This document shows positions 12,603 to 26,484 of a DNA stretch of 64,000 nucleotides, in pieces. Made by a program: the position numbers and the translations under genes. The notes beneath the pieces are model-generated. The model did no database searches. It was not told the origin of the DNA and saw only the letters and a list, made by a program, of their open reading frames with translations. How positions within the stretch are numbered: the stretch's first letter is position 1; every line of letters begins with the position of its first letter. The stretch lies in NCBI GenBank assembly GCA_965203295.1, contig CBDBCZ010000017.1, positions 1,728,001-1,792,000 on the forward strand, in the 5' to 3' direction. Source of the DNA: Nitrospirales bacterium (GTDB lineage: Bacteria; Nitrospirota; Nitrospiria; Nitrospirales; UBA8639).

Positions 12603-12701
12603 CATGGAGAAACAGCTCTGACCTTGGCCAGCTTGAAGGGTCATCATCCCATTGTACAACAACTACTACAAGGTGGAGCAGACCCCAACCTTCAGACTGA
12701 G
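12603..12701 (+). CDS. Ankyrin exon C2 (99 nt) HGETALTLASLKGHHPIVQQLLQGGADPNLQTE
   Basis: ctctctacag|CAT...GAG|gtaagt. Confidence 0.9.
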
Positions 12702-13578
12702 GTAAGTTAGGTGTAAAACAGATTTTTTTCTATAGACCTCTGTTTGTCACACACTAAGGCGTTAGTGAGACAAGCATTTCACATTGTACCAAGTCAAGTG
12801 ATGTATTATAGCCTGTAATTTATTGAAACACTTTGCTCAGTGTGTAGAAATAAATATGCCATAAGGAATAATGCTCCTCCAGTTGTCTGAGGTGATGTTA
12901 GCAAGTGCACCAATAAGAATTGTAGCATATTAACACTATACAGTGTACATGTACATGTATTATGGAGTACGGTATTACTCCATATGTAGGGATGGCATGG
13001 GAAAAAAAGGCAGCCCCATATAACGCGTACAAAATCATACGTTCAGAACTCGACTCTGATTATAGTCATACGCTTTTATGAGCCATACCATGACATCTCG
13101 AGTGTTTTTATCAGCAACAAGACTGTTAGCACTGGCTGCGTGATTATTGCAAAATGATTAGACTACACTTTGGCATCTGGAATGATTAAGCAAGAGAAAT
13201 GTCACAAATACAGTAATTGTACGTTTTGTATTGCATATGTGATAGGTTTCCAAGTTTTGTTTTTGAATTCTATAGTATCTTCTTTTTGTATCAATAGCAT
13301 GATTAACTTTGCCAAAAAGTGCAAAAACTAGTCATGTAGAGATGCACTTCCACCAAAATACTCTTCCCCAAAAACCAATGAAACAAGCGACAATGCACAC
13401 CGCAATGCATGCACATACTACCCACACATCACAGCGCAATGCGTAGCTACCATCCCTACATCTTTCCAACCGCACCCACCACAATTCTGTATATTTGAGA
13501 TGGGAATAATGGTAGTGCAATTTGGTGTGTGTGTGTGTTGCTAAGGAGTGAGTATTTGGTGGTTGTGGAAGGTATATA

Positions 13579-14095
13579 CCGTATTTCCGCGATCAGACGC
13601 CGCCCTCGATTAGTAGCCGCCCTCGAATTATAGCCGCACCTCCGGAAGTGCTGAACGAAATAGTGGCCGCCCTCGAATAATAGCCGCGGCTAAAATTCAA
13701 GTACCGCATAAGCAAGAAGATGTAGCAACTACAGTAAAAGTAGAGTAATACTTGACTTTGCTAGCTAACAGTTATCGGACCTCACCTTTGTCTTCTTCGA
13801 GATTGCGAATTTAAGGGATCAGAGCCCGACGGAGGCTGCCCGCGAATCTATATTTTCGATACCTCTCCCCTCAAAAAACAGCTGGCATTGTAGCATGACG
13901 GCTTTTCGATAGTGTTGAGGCACGAACGGCGATTTTCAAACGGATTTAAACTGCTGTTGTACATCGCTGTGTAACCAGTAAACCCCTCAATCTAATAAAC
14001 GCCACCCTCGATTAGTGGCCGCCCTCGAATAGTGGCCGCGGAAAATCACGCGATGAAATAAATAGTAGCCGCGGCGTCTGATCGCGGAAATACGG
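13579..14095. mobile_element. Tc1/mariner-type MITE
   Basis: Perfect 25-bp TIR CCGTATTTCCGCGATCAGACGCCGC with TA on both sides; second copy at 33871. Confidence 0.9.
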
Positions 14096-14298
14096 TAGCT
14101 GAAAGTGTTAATTGTATCATGGAGTACGGTAGTACTCCATATGTAGGGATGGCACAGGAAAAAAATGGCGGCCGCATTAAGCCTGTACAAAATCGTGCAT
14201 TCAAATGTCTGCTATGCGAGTAGTCAGAAGCTTTTATGAACTGTACCTGTTATACTCGGGCGTTTTTATCATCAAAAAGAGTGATATGATACTCCATG

Positions 14299-14828
14299 AT
14301 TACCCCGCGGCGCGTAGGCGGCGGCGGGGTTAAGCAATTGGTTCTGTCTGTCCGTCCGTTCGTCTGTCAGGTGTCTGTCCACTCAAAAATCGGGCTATCT
14401 CGCGATTTACAGGGTTAAGGGATTGCTAAACACGACAGTAACATTGAAATCAAAAAAAAAATGTCCGGGTGTGTACCTGATAGTTGCCACAGCGGTTCCA
14501 TTCACTGTATCTACAGCTCTTTCTTATTTAACAGCGGTGCATTCTGCCATTTTAATACGGTCACAACTAGAATGTGATAGAGGCCGGGCATATACGGACT
14601 CTGGTCACGTGTTCATATTGGCAATCAGTCACGCCCACCACTTCCCATAGGATATACAGATATATACGCATACATATACACGAGCGCTGTACACTCTGCG
14701 TGCGGATAACAGCCAGTGATATACATGTACACTTTGCCAACTACTCCATCAGCCCAGTCTGCAGTCCTGCCAGGTCCAAGTTGTGAATTATGCACCGCGG
14801 GGTATGTCTCTGCTAGAGACTTCTAGTT
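14299..14828 (+). mobile_element. HINE/DINE-1-like non-autonomous Helentron-type element
   Basis: Sub-terminal inverted repeats taccccgcgg / ccgcggggta, (ctgt/ccgt)n microsatellite, 3' hairpin gtctct-gct-agagac, ends ttctagtt. Confidence 0.65.
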
Positions 14829-15249
14829 GTTAGAAGGTATCGAAATCGGCAGGTGGCTAAACAGCCATTGTTACAATTCTTCTTTGTTTCTTCTTTCTTC
14901 CACCAGGCTAGCGCAATAGTAGCTACAGCTATTACAGCTGTTCTAACACGAACAGGCATACGTTTTCATGGGGTATTGCACGCATAGCATAGCGTTTTGA
15001 AAAACTCGAATTCGTTCAGCAGTGACTCACGAGTGCTCTCGAATCGACGTTTGCGGTTTCACGCCATTTAATGACTCAGATTGCACATGTGCAGACTGCC
15101 TGCCATCACGTGTTTTTCTATTTAATGCCTACCTTTGATCGTGCAGCTGAGTAGCTGAGTTGCATGCAGCTCCTGGTTGTATAGCCACTGTGTAAATTAC
15201 ACGTACTATAGCTATTAAATGGAATACACTGTCGTGTTTTGGTTGGCAT

Positions 15250-16535
15250 AATTTGAGAAAGAAAAGGGTCCAGAATCAACAATGGTTCATTCAAAACTGA
15301 CCATAAAGTATAAGGCAGCTGCTTGGCCATGGGCAGCTTCCTGTGCTAGCTATAGTGCTAACCCTGACAAAAAAAGGGCAGCCTCACGTGCCTGTTACAT
15401 AGCTGACCCTGACAAGAGACCTTCACCACCATGCGCTTGCAGGCAATGGTCTTCCTGATGTCACTGGTCGAAACTTACACTACAGGCAACCTCCTCAAAC
15501 GCGTTCCATTTCAACACCATCCACCACGCACATAATCATTTACACCTACACATTTGTTACCACCTCACAAAAAAACACCCCAAAACAAATTACAGAAAAA
15601 GCACTTTGCCAAAAAGTGCAAAAAATGTAATGTAGAGATGCATGCACTTCCACCAAAAAACACTTCCTCAAAAACCAATGAAACAAGTGACGATGCATAC
15701 CGAAATGCATGCACAGACTACCCACACATCACAGCGCAATGCATTTACCGCGTAGCTACCATCCCTACATCTTTCCAACCACACCCACCACAATCCATAC
15801 CACGCCCCCATACTCAAATGCACACCCAATACTTCCTTCAACACACACAACCATCCGTAATTATCCCGACACTTCGTCTCCATCTAACAGCCACCCTTAC
15901 ATTATCATTACATACTTCACAAAACACAACACCCACACTACATCCAACCCAAATCTTCACATGAACACTTTACTCCCGTCAAAATACACTTAGCTCCACA
16001 AATCCTACATTCACAAGCATGGTGTGGTATGGATAGTGGTGGGTGGGGTTGGAAAGATGTAGTGATGGTAGCCACGCATTGCGCTGTGATGTGTGGGTAG
16101 TATGTGCATGCATTGCGTTGTGCATTGTCGCTTGTTTCATTGGTTTTGGGGGAAGAGCATTTTTGGTGGAAGTGCATTTTTGGTGGAAGTGCATCTCTAC
16201 ATGGCTAGTTTTTGCACTTTTAGCAAAGTGCTTTTTCTGTAACTTGTTTTGGGGCGTTTTTTAGGGAGGTGGTAACAAATGTGTAGTTGTAAATGTACGT
16301 TGTGGATGGTGTTGGAATGGAACGTGTTGGAGGATTGTGTGTGTAGTATTTTCGATTTGTACTCCCGTCTGCATCAGGAAGGCCTTCGTCCGCATATGCA
16401 TGGGGGATGGAAGTCTCTTGTCAGGGTCAGCAGTATAGCTAGCATGGGAAGTTGCTTTAGCAGCTGCCTATATACTTTGTCGGACTTGAAATTATGTACC
16501 GTTGTTTATTCTGGGTTCTTTTCTGCCTCAAATTG
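15250..16535. repeat. Imperfect ~1.3-kb inverted repeat formed by two opposed copies of a dispersed repeat family (other pieces at ~13300-13490, ~27950-28092, ~35090-35245)
   Basis: 15250-15810 is the reverse complement of ~16020-16535 (e.g. catttgttaccacctc / gaggtggtaacaaatg). Confidence 0.8.
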
Positions 16536-16695
16536 TTTGGTATACTGCATGCAAAGTACCTTGTAATTCCAAGAAGACCAGCAATCACATGAATGAATGT
16601 GAAACCCTTACTTTCATGCGCTTTCACGCTTCCACTAATAATATTTAATCGATTTGTTCATAATTCTCACTCTCTGGTCTTCCTCCCTTCCTCAG

Positions 16696-16794
16696 TTTGG
16701 GTTAACAGCCCTTATGTGTGCTAGTGTTCGAGGTCATCATGTCATTGTGCAAGAACTATTGTCCCTCAGAGCAGATCTCAATGTTCAAAGTAAA
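16696..16794 (+). CDS. Ankyrin exon B2 (99 nt) FGLTALMCASVRGHHVIVQELLSLRADLNVQSK
   Basis: cctcag|TTT...AAA|gtaagt; recent duplicate of B1. Confidence 0.9.
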
Positions 16795-18248
16795 GTAAGT
16801 TATACTAAATGCTCATTGCCCTTATAAATTCCCTTCAAGTGGCCACAAAAAAGAATGATTTCTGTGTATTATACTGTGAATTTGCTATGTAAGTGACAAG
16901 TGAATGTGAATGTTTATGGAAGCTCACAAAAATTTGATCACAATACATTTCGTCACAGAGAATATTACATCATCGTAACATGCCATATGCCATAGTAGCT
17001 GCATTTCTCTGATGTGAACATTGCTTGGAAAGTTGTCATAACATAAATACTTCCGTTATTTATGATGATGTTTTAATGTTTTTCACTCCCAATGTTTAAC
17101 ACTTTAAACGCGGAAATTACATAATGTGAAGACACCCAGACGCGGTTTTACCACGTGAAAGAAGAAATGGCAACGGCGGGCAGCCATAAAATTTGCTGTC
17201 TTGTGGCAAAAGAAGCAGCTACCGTAATGCTACAATATTTTGCGTGTGAGAAACCTTTGCAATTTTGTCATTTTGCAATTAATTCAAGTACTTTACGATC
17301 TGGTTTGCGTGGGCAAGCTCAGCACGATTCCCATCTTGAGCCGTGCACCCCACATTTAGATAAATCGATTCTACCCTCGATGCTACCTTTATGTCACACA
17401 CGGGAGAAGTGTTACCAGGCATTCCGTTTTTTTTCTTCGTTTTTTTCTTGCAGCGAAAAAAGCTGGGACGGCTGGGTTTGAGGCTACATGTTTAGCTTGT
17501 ATTTTCCATGTACATGAATATGCAGTCACTTTTTAGTATAATTAAACATTAATATTTTTGACTATCTTTTGTTCCTTAACCCATCACAACTTACACTGTG
17601 ACATAAAAAGGCCATGCACCATGAGGTGTGGCATAGCTTTAATAGTGCATACTAATTGATCATACAGCTTTAAAAATTGGCCAAATGTCCACATAGCAAT
17701 GCCTTTAAACATTGACACACTATTGTACAAGTAGGCTTGTGTATTACATCCTGACATAATTCTGCTGTTCAAGACAACATCTAGAAGTATGTACAAAGTT
17801 GTACTAGTTTGAGTGCAAGTATACATGTACATGTATGCCACTAACCTGGTTTGGTTCTGTTATTAGGGAGAGGTCAAAGGTCATGTGCATATTGGATATA
17901 GTAGCTGAATAATCGTTTGCTGCTTGGAAAAAAAATACCCGCCTTTAGTTTGGAGTTTCCTGTCTTTGTAATTACATTACAGCAGCCCTGGCTTCATTCA
18001 CTCTGAACCTTCAAAACAAATGCATTAGTGTAGCCTTGTGTTGCTAATCAGGCATGGCTACACTGTAAAATGAGGGGCCTCATTAACTCATTCTGTATCA
18101 GGCAGTGTTTAGCATTGTCTCTTCCTGTTTAGCATTTGCGGTACGTTCAGAGAAAAGGTATTCAACCAAAGCATAATATTCAACTTTCATCTTAATTGAA
18201 CCACCAAGATTTGAATTGTTATGGGCAGTCACTGTTCTTTCTCTACAG

Positions 18249-18347
18249 CATGGAGAAACAGCTTTGATCTTGGCCACTGAGAAGGGTCATCATCCCATTG
18301 TACAACAACTACTACAAGCTGGAGCAGACCCCAACCTTCAGACTGAG
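18249..18347 (+). CDS. Ankyrin exon C3 (99 nt) HGETALILATEKGHHPIVQQLLQAGADPNLQTE
   Basis: ctctacag|CAT...GAG|gtaagc. Confidence 0.9.
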
Positions 18348-19085
18348 GTAAGCTAGGTGTACAACTTGTTTTTTTCCTATAGACCCCTGTATGTCACACA
18401 CTAAGGCGTTAGTGAGACAAAGCATTTCACATTGTAACAAGTCCAGTGAAGATCAGTGTTTTATAGCCTGTAGTTCGTTGGAACACTTTGCTCAGTGTGT
18501 AGAAATGATGTTGTAACTAAGAATGCTCCTCCAGTTTTCAGAGACGGGTTTTTAGCAAGTGCACCAATAAGCAGTATAGAAAAGGATACTGTAACAGTGT
18601 ACACGTACATGTCCATAATATAATGGCCTTTGCTTTCTCTTGGTGTGAATACGCTATGATCAATTTTTGCCATAAGTGAGCTTGTAAAACATTATAGCCT
18701 TAGGTTTAAACCTCTTATCACTGTTAGCATTATCAGGATTTTATTCAGGATTAATCTTTTTTGGGGAGGGAAGGAGGGGGGTGGGGCACAGTTCTTTGAG
18801 CACATAGACAAGCTCAGCACAACCATATCTAGGGACGTCTAGGGCATACCCCCCAATTCATCCTAGCCAGCCATCTGATTGTTTCTGGAGCACTTTGTGT
18901 AACAGATTGAGACTGCCAGTATTCTTAAAGTACTATGCATACGTGTCACTTTACAAGGACCATGTAAACTCTCCAATAATAACCCTGGAGCCACTCTAGC
19001 GCACTGGAAGAATGATATCTAATTCCATTCACACTTATTAGATTTATTCATAATTGTCGCTTTCTGGTCTTCCTCACTACCTCAG

Positions 19086-19184
19086 AATTTGAACACAGCC
19101 CTTATGCTTGCCAGTGCTAAAGGTCATCATGATATTGTGAGAGAACTGTTAGCCACCACAGCAGATGTCAATATTCAAAATAAA
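19086..19184 (+). CDS. Ankyrin exon D1 (99 nt) NLNTALMLASAKGHHDIVRELLATTADVNIQNK
   Basis: ctacctcag|AAT...AAA|gtaagt. Confidence 0.9.
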
Positions 19185-19448
19185 GTAAGTTATACTAAAT
19201 ACTCATTGTCATTATAAATTCCCCTCAAATGGTCTCGCAAACACTTCCAAGGGATTTGTGTGTATTACACTGCGGGTTTGCTATAAAATGACAAAATTTT
19301 GAGAGTGGTCATCTCCACATGCCAGTGTTGGTTATTGAACAGCTTAAATTATAATTGTTTTATTGGCCTGGATGGGTGGCCTCAGTTTCAATAGTAAACT
19401 TAACATAGAGCCCATTGTCTTATATAGTATCACTTTAACTGTTGTTTA

Positions 19449-19776
19449 TTCCATTCACCACCGTTGCCGCCATATGGTGGCATGGGTACAAATATTGTGG
19501 TATAGCGCACAGCTTTACAGCGCAGCACAAATGGTGTGTATTGACTGTAGACAGGTTTTTCCACGCCCTCTGTACACGTATTGTACTGGACCTGTTGGAT
19601 TTTACACTGACTACAACTACACAAGCCCTGAATTATACACTACCCTCTACGAGAAGGAAATCAATGCCTGTAGTACTGTCAGTGTAGAATATCCGAAAGA
19701 GCTGGAGGAGGAACGAAGAGATGGGCTAATATATTATGACAGAACATACTTTTTGCACAAAATTTACTTTCAGTGA
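19449..19776 (+). mobile_element. Degenerate piggyBac-like fragment
   Basis: FYTDYNYTSPELYTTLYEKEINACSTV..YPKEL resembles the piggyBac transposase YTDNxYTS..LF..L...ACGTV motif; ccattcacc terminus-like start. Confidence 0.55.
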
Positions 19777-20263
19777 CTAAAGCAATGCATAGAAAACAGT
19801 GTTGTAGATTGAGAATCTAGAGCTGGTGTTAATAGCTGATGTCTAGCATGCCTCTCTTGCTGCACATGGAATCCTTGTCCATGCCTGGAAGCACCTTGGA
19901 AAATGAGTATGCAATACATTCTATACTATAGTTGATCAGTGCTCCCATGTTTTTGTACATCACAATTGGAAGACAATTGTGTCATTAAGATAATCAACAC
20001 ATGAAAGGACATTTGCTTTGTCGCTACTGATGTCTCTTGAAAGTGCTCTACATTGGGGGGGGGGGGGGGAAGTAGGACAAAGTCAGATGCACAAGCCAGC
20101 ACTGGTACACTAGGTGCTGTGCTGTCTTGAAAAGCTTTGTTTGTGTTTCATGTCAATGTGGTGGTGGCTCAAAGCTGAAGAAAAGTCTCTGGGAGTAGCC
20201 TGAATCACTTCCTGATGACAAGGTAATGCGTTCTGAGCCTGGCAAGTCATACTCACGGTTATA

Positions 20264-20758
20264 CCGTATAGCGCTTAAAATCGCGTGTCTTTTATTTCAC
20301 GAATTGGGCGAATTTGGAACGATTCGCAAAATTATTTCAACGAAAATTTGTACACTTCTGTATAGATAGTTGAGTGCATAGACTTACTGTTTATCGTTTC
20401 GGTACTTCAAGAGCGTGGATGGACAGTATCCGTGGTCCAAATTGCCAGATCCACAAGGAGAGCTCTCCAAACGTGTGCCCTCGTCCGCAATATTTGCGGC
20501 AAACAGCGAAGCGCTGTACTTCAGCTATCGGCCACGGAATTGGAAGGCGAGCAGCAGAGCATGGAGCGCTAGCCACAATTCGCTACTAAGCTACCTGTAA
20601 ATCTGTGCGCATTTAATCACTCAGGTACACTCTGCCCATTATTCATTAGTACGTGGGTGTGGCAATTTTAACAACGAATTCGCGAAATCATTTCAACGAA
20701 ACGTTCAAAAACGGCTATTCGCGAATTTTCAGACCCGCCAAGTTTAAGCGCTATGCGG
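20264..20758. mobile_element. TA-TSD MITE
   Basis: TIR CCGTATAGCGCTTAAA / TTTAAGCGCTATGCGG flanked by TA. Confidence 0.8.
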
Positions 20759-21702
20759 TAAGTGCTGGAATGTGACTCCTCTTGTAGACCATAGGACTTG
20801 CTAAGGTAAGTAAGTCCGTGGATTGAACCCCATTGAGTCCCGCTGTTCCAGCAAGTTACAGCAGCTTCTTTGTACATACCTTCGTCTCTGAGTCAAATAG
20901 CTCCATATTTTCATTCACATGATTTGCAATTACCTAGCTACACATGCACGTGAGGATTGTCCGACCCCCTCCACACGCCTCTTCACACATGGGTTGTTTG
21001 TCTCCGAAAAGTACTGTACACCCATGGGTACTTCAATTTAGTGGTTCCTTAAAGAGGGAGTGCAATTTGGTTTTCATTTCATTGTGACGAACATTGTAGG
21101 GGTAAGTGATAATCAGTATATTTAGAGCTCCACTGCATATTCATGATGAATTCACTTCAACCCAAAAGGTTCACTGCTATGCCGTCATTTTGCCATCTAA
21201 GCGAATAATTGTTAAATGTCTGGGTGTGTACCTGATAGTGACAATAGGTAGAAGTTCTAGGAAGTCCTTTTTCCCCAAACATCTCCATATATTTATAATA
21301 TGTCTATAGCTAAAATCTGTTTCTCTAATGGTAACGACCATTACTAGTACTGTGTCTAGTTACTATTCTTCAGTGTCATATTGTATACTGTTTTGTAGTG
21401 TAGCCTCAGTGTTTCCCTCATAGCTGGGCCTAAATAGCTTTCACTTTTAGTTGTGTTTGTGCTACAATTCTTATGTACATCATTGGATGTAAATCGAATG
21501 TAGAATTTCGGCCACCCTATAGTAAGGTAATTGGTTTTACAGTATTGGACTTGTGTGTGTTGCGGTATGATTGCATAAGGTGCCATGGGTGGAGGTGGCC
21601 CTAATGCCCTTTTGTGGTGAGTTCGCCCTACCCAATCACACATTAGGACACATAGTTGATTTGTTTATAATCTTCACTTTCTGGTCTTCCTCCCTACCTC
21701 AG

Positions 21703-21801
21703 AATGGGTTCACAGCCCTTATGTATGCCAGTCGTGGAGGTCACCATGACATTGTGAGAGAGCTATTAGCCGCCAAAGCAGATGTCAGTGTTCAAAATAA
21801 A
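21703..21801 (+). CDS. Ankyrin exon E1 (99 nt) NGFTALMYASRGGHHDIVRELLAAKADVSVQNK
   Basis: ctacctcag|AAT...AAA|gtaagt. Confidence 0.9.
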
Positions 21802-23206
21802 GTAAGTATGCTCAATACCCTATGAATTCCCCTCAAGTGGCCACGTATGTGGCCACATAGCGATCTAGTGTGCGAGAGTGACCAAACTGTCTCTCCGGCA
21901 TAATCACAACAGATGCTAAACCGGTCTGATCCCCTATACACTCTTGGGTCTGGTCAAAGAGATTACATACATAGGCCAGCATTCACACACGACAATAGGT
22001 GGGGGAAAGTGATGTCTGGGCACAATGTCGACGTACTCTGGTTGCCAAGGGCATGTCATCATGTGACAATCACTGCACATGCCTACAAAAAATGAAAAGT
22101 AGTTAACTTGACAGAAGAGATATGTAGACGAAGCACATATATTCGAGATCGGACTAATAGTTATTAAGATAATGTTGGAAACTTTCGCCCTCGAATGTGA
22201 GGTTCTTTCGTGCTAAAATCACAGTGATTACTTGGACTGATTTTGAGCTAGCCTCGCTGATGCAGAAAGAAACAGTTACATGAACACTTTAGTAGTGCAC
22301 TTTTCTAACCTTTTGGGCAATTTTGGAGTCGATGTTGGTTGTAAAATCCCAGAAAGGAAGATTACGTGACTATAGAAGCTTCAATATAGTTTTTTTAGAG
22401 TTTTTGAAGCTTTGATTTTGTATTGCGTAGCTATATGTCCAGGCCATCTCTACATAGAGAGTCTACCGAATCTCTGATTTCCAGCGGCTATGAGATATAG
22501 AGTTCAGAACATTGCTGTTAAATAACTACAAATATGTCATAATGAATGAAAATGTAAATAATGAACCATAGCAAATGAAAAGCATGTGGTTGTGAAATGA
22601 GAAACCATGTGTCAACTTGGAGAGGGGCCTTATTAAACACCAGTAAAGTTGTAGTTCATGCTTGAATTTTAGTTGTTTCATTGGCCTGAAAGGATGGGCT
22701 CAATTTCTTTAACATGGCCCATGTGCTAATTGAATATCACTTTAACTGTTGTTGTATTTTTAACTGTATGCTCAGTCAATTATCACAGTGCAACCAACTT
22801 GTACCATGGCAGCAAATTAGTCATGGGTTGGTAGCTAATTATCATGCTTTATTTCACTACAAGGTAATTTTTCTAAAAAATATGGTACTTATCAACTCTT
22901 TGAAAGTGTTGGTATTGGATGAATTGCAGAACTATAAGATCTAACTGACACTAACAGGAGTTATTAAGGCCACTCCAAGCTGACCTATGATTTCCCATTC
23001 CACAGCTACAGCAATGACCTCATTTTAAGCCTCAGACAGTAATCCAGAACACCATTGTGGTTTCCGTAAAATTCAACACAATTATTGTACATTGTCATAA
23101 GGTGCCATGGGTGAGGGTGAGCCCAATGCCTGTTTGTGGTGAGTCTACACTACCTAATCACACTTAGTTAATAATCTTCACTTTCTGGTCTTCCTCCCTA
23201 CCTCAG

Positions 23207-23305
23207 AATGGGTTCACAGCTCTTATGTATGCCAGTCGGGAAGGTCACCATGACATTGTGAGAGAACATTTAGCCGCCAGAGCAGATGTCAATGTTCAAA
23301 ATAAA
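23207..23305 (+). CDS. Ankyrin exon E2 (99 nt) NGFTALMYASREGHHDIVREHLAARADVNVQNK
   Basis: ctacctcag|AAT...AAA|gtaagt. Confidence 0.9.
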
Positions 23306-24754
23306 GTAAGTTGTGCTTAATGCTCATTGCCCTTATTAATTCACCTAAAATGGCCACAAAAAGACTGTATTGCACTGTAAATTTACTATTAAAGTAGCAA
23401 ACCTACTCTGAGAGTAATGGTTTCATCATTCCTCATGTTAGTATTGATTATGCCAAGTTGATATCATTGCACTAGAACCTTGAAAGCATGCTGGCAGGTG
23501 GTTCATTATTCATTATTCATAACCAGTGGCTATGAGATAGAGAGTTCAAAACATTGCTATTCCAACTGTTAATAGCCACAAAAGATGTCTTAAATAATGA
23601 AAGTGTATAAAATGAACCATATAGTATGGCAAATGAAAAGTGTGTAGGTGTGGAATGGGAAATCAAAGGTCAAATGGTGCCAGGCGCGCGCTGCAAGCGA
23701 GAGTCACGCCCATTTTACATTATTAAGCTGCCGTATAGTAGAATTAAGTAGCCACGTAGTAGTATAGTTAAGTACCATCGACATGACAGAGTCGCATTTC
23801 TCTGCCAAGCAGTTTTGACAGACGAAAGCGTCGCTAGCACTACAGGATGAACGTGCGGTACTGTACGCACGCTCATTCGCGGTAGGTGACGTCACAACGC
23901 ATGTGCAGTAGTACAGTCTGATCTGAGAGCGAAGTGGAGCAACGCCTGTAGAGCTGGGGGCTTCAACTACAAAAGCAGCAGGTTGTTCAAATCTTGCTAT
24001 TGCACTAGAAACGATCTCAGAAGGCCCAAAAATTCAAAAATTTCCTGGGGGGGGGGGGCATACCCCCAGACGCGCGCATTTTCTTACATGCCGTGCTCCA
24101 CTACCCGCCTGACCAAAGCAAATATGCTTCCTACAGGCCTGCATTTGTGGCCTTCCATTAGGATTGGTGACTATACCTCCATTGGATAACATCCACACAT
24201 TTTGTAAAATTAAACACATACAGAAAACAAGGGTTTATGGATGCTAAAGTCTGATGGCTGAGGGAAGGGGGAAGCATTTTTGATTTAAACGAAGCTTAAA
24301 CGCTGTGCCTGTGTATCTGTGTGAGAGTAAACTGATTCAGTACAGTAGACAGCTGGAATACACTGTGGTGATTGTCATAGGCAAGATGTTCTACGTAGCT
24401 CTTTCAACCCTCTGCATCATTCACTTGTTATCTCTTTTTCTGAAAGCAATGGTCCCCATGTATGACATGTGCTTATACCAGAGTAGTACTTTATGTTACA
24501 GTACCGTACTTTATCAAGAATCCATCTGTCATATGATTTGTTACTTAGAGTCAAAAGCATCCTATTTCTTAACAGTATTAGCAAAAAGTAGGTTAGAGGC
24601 TAGACATTGCATAGAAATTGAGAGCTGAGTAGCTGGGTCAGCAGGGTGAGAAGGGAGGGGGTTGACTTGGGTTTAATTTCATTTATAATAAATGATGCAT
24701 ATCATACTCACCAAGTCTGTTGCGAGAGTATATTCACAGCTCTAGTCTGAACAG

Positions 24755-25361
24755 CAGAGGAGGTTGGACACAGTCATGTGACAGCCTTCGTGATCGTGGA
24801 GTTGTATGGATTTTCTATTGAGCTGCCTATACAAAAGTAGTTTGGTCCAGTTTTGACCAAGTTCTGTTACCAATATGCAAGAAACGCTTATTGTTGGAAT
24901 CTGCTTGTGATGCGCTTTCAGAAAAGCGAGCCAACCCTGTTCAAGCCCTGGGTCGTTGCCGTGCTACGATCGTTGAAGATTAGCTATTGGCAAGGCGAAA
25001 CCACATACTGGAACCTATCTACTAACGTAGGTCCATTCCAACCATCTTGCAGCAATCAACAGGCTATTGCAGATTTATAAAGCTATGCTTACCTGTGTTT
25101 TGAGTCAGTGTAGCTTTCCGCGAGGCTTTCCATTCTATCACGCCTATGGCACCTCGGAATCGCACAGAATCACTAGAAGTGCGGAACGGTAAGTCATTTT
25201 GGCGTTTGCTACCTCTTTGTTGATGCCTGCCTAGCTTCCATCCTTACAGTTTAGCTTCTCAGTGAGCTAATTGCATGCTGGAATGCAACGTGGAATGTAA
25301 TTAAGTGCAGCAAAGGGCAAGTGACTGCGCACGTTAATGAATGTGTGTCCAACCTCCTCTG
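24755..25361. mobile_element. Non-autonomous DNA transposon with 9-bp TSD (superfamily unassigned)
   Basis: TIR CAGAGGAGGTTGGACACA / TGTGTCCAACCTCCTCTG; TSD tctgaacag; empty paralogous site near 41224. Confidence 0.85.
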
Positions 25362-26484
25362 TCTGAACAGGCAGTGTTAGTGAAGTTCACACATTATACG
25401 TGTAGCTTTTATCCGATGGCTTGTTTTGGCTGGAAAATGTCATGTGATTGAGCTCATGGCCTTTCCCTCTGTGACCTCAAAATTAATGGCAGTCGTGGAT
25501 ACCCTGTTTACTAAACTGCTAAATCCAGAATATAAAAGCAGCCCTTGATACTTTCAGGAAGCATTCTTTATAGATGTATAATCTTGGAACTGGGTCGAAA
25601 CAAGTTACCTGAAATCGAAAAATCAACTTATATGGCGGTAGAACCGTCCGAGTTTGAGTAAACGGATTTCGTACAGAGCTTGAATACAGTGTGAAGAGTG
25701 ATGAGGGCTAATGTTTAATCATTGAAAAGTGTGCTACCTACATATATAGCAGCCTTCTTTATTGTTCACCCTTTGTCTCCTTTTTGAAAGCAATGTTTAC
25801 TGTGTATATATCAAATGTCATTTTACAGGAGTAGTACTGTATGTTGCAGTCCGCGCTTTGTCCATAATCTGTCTTTCCATCCAAATTTGACGCTATATAG
25901 AGCCAAAAAATATTCTACTTTATGAGCAGTGGCAACAAGAGATGGTTGGGTTAGACAGTGGCTGAAAACTGATAGCTGAATAATTGGGTCACAGTGTAAA
26001 CAGCAATTACTCCTTTCTACATTTTTACGTAGTCACTGCAAGTAAACTTTTATGCAGGTTGTATGTATTGTAACATATCAGTGAATCACTGCTAATCAGA
26101 ATTAGCACTGCACAACTCTCTTTTCATCATAAATACTGTTAGTGAGCAAAATAGAATGTGCATTGGCTACGGCCTGATGTATATGTAGAATGCATGTTGT
26201 AGAGTCTGTGATTGTATCTGATTTCAAGCATACAATGCCTTGAAGTTAAGTACCTGTTGAGTGGTGCTCCTTGTTTTTGTACTGTGCAGCTGAGGTACAC
26301 ATATCACTACAGTAATCACCCTAAACAGCTAAAAAAACATCACTTGCTTTCAGTATTATGAAAGTACTGTAGGTTAATGGATAATTACATACCTTTAGTT
26401 GTTCCTTAAAGTGAGAATGGACTTGGTAGTGATTCCAATCAACACTCGAAAAAGTAAATTTCATGCACATGTGTATTTGCTGTT

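Noticed and set aside
15554..16566. Cluster of overlapping ORFs
   Set aside because: Low-complexity frames in the inverted repeat, not conserved between copies
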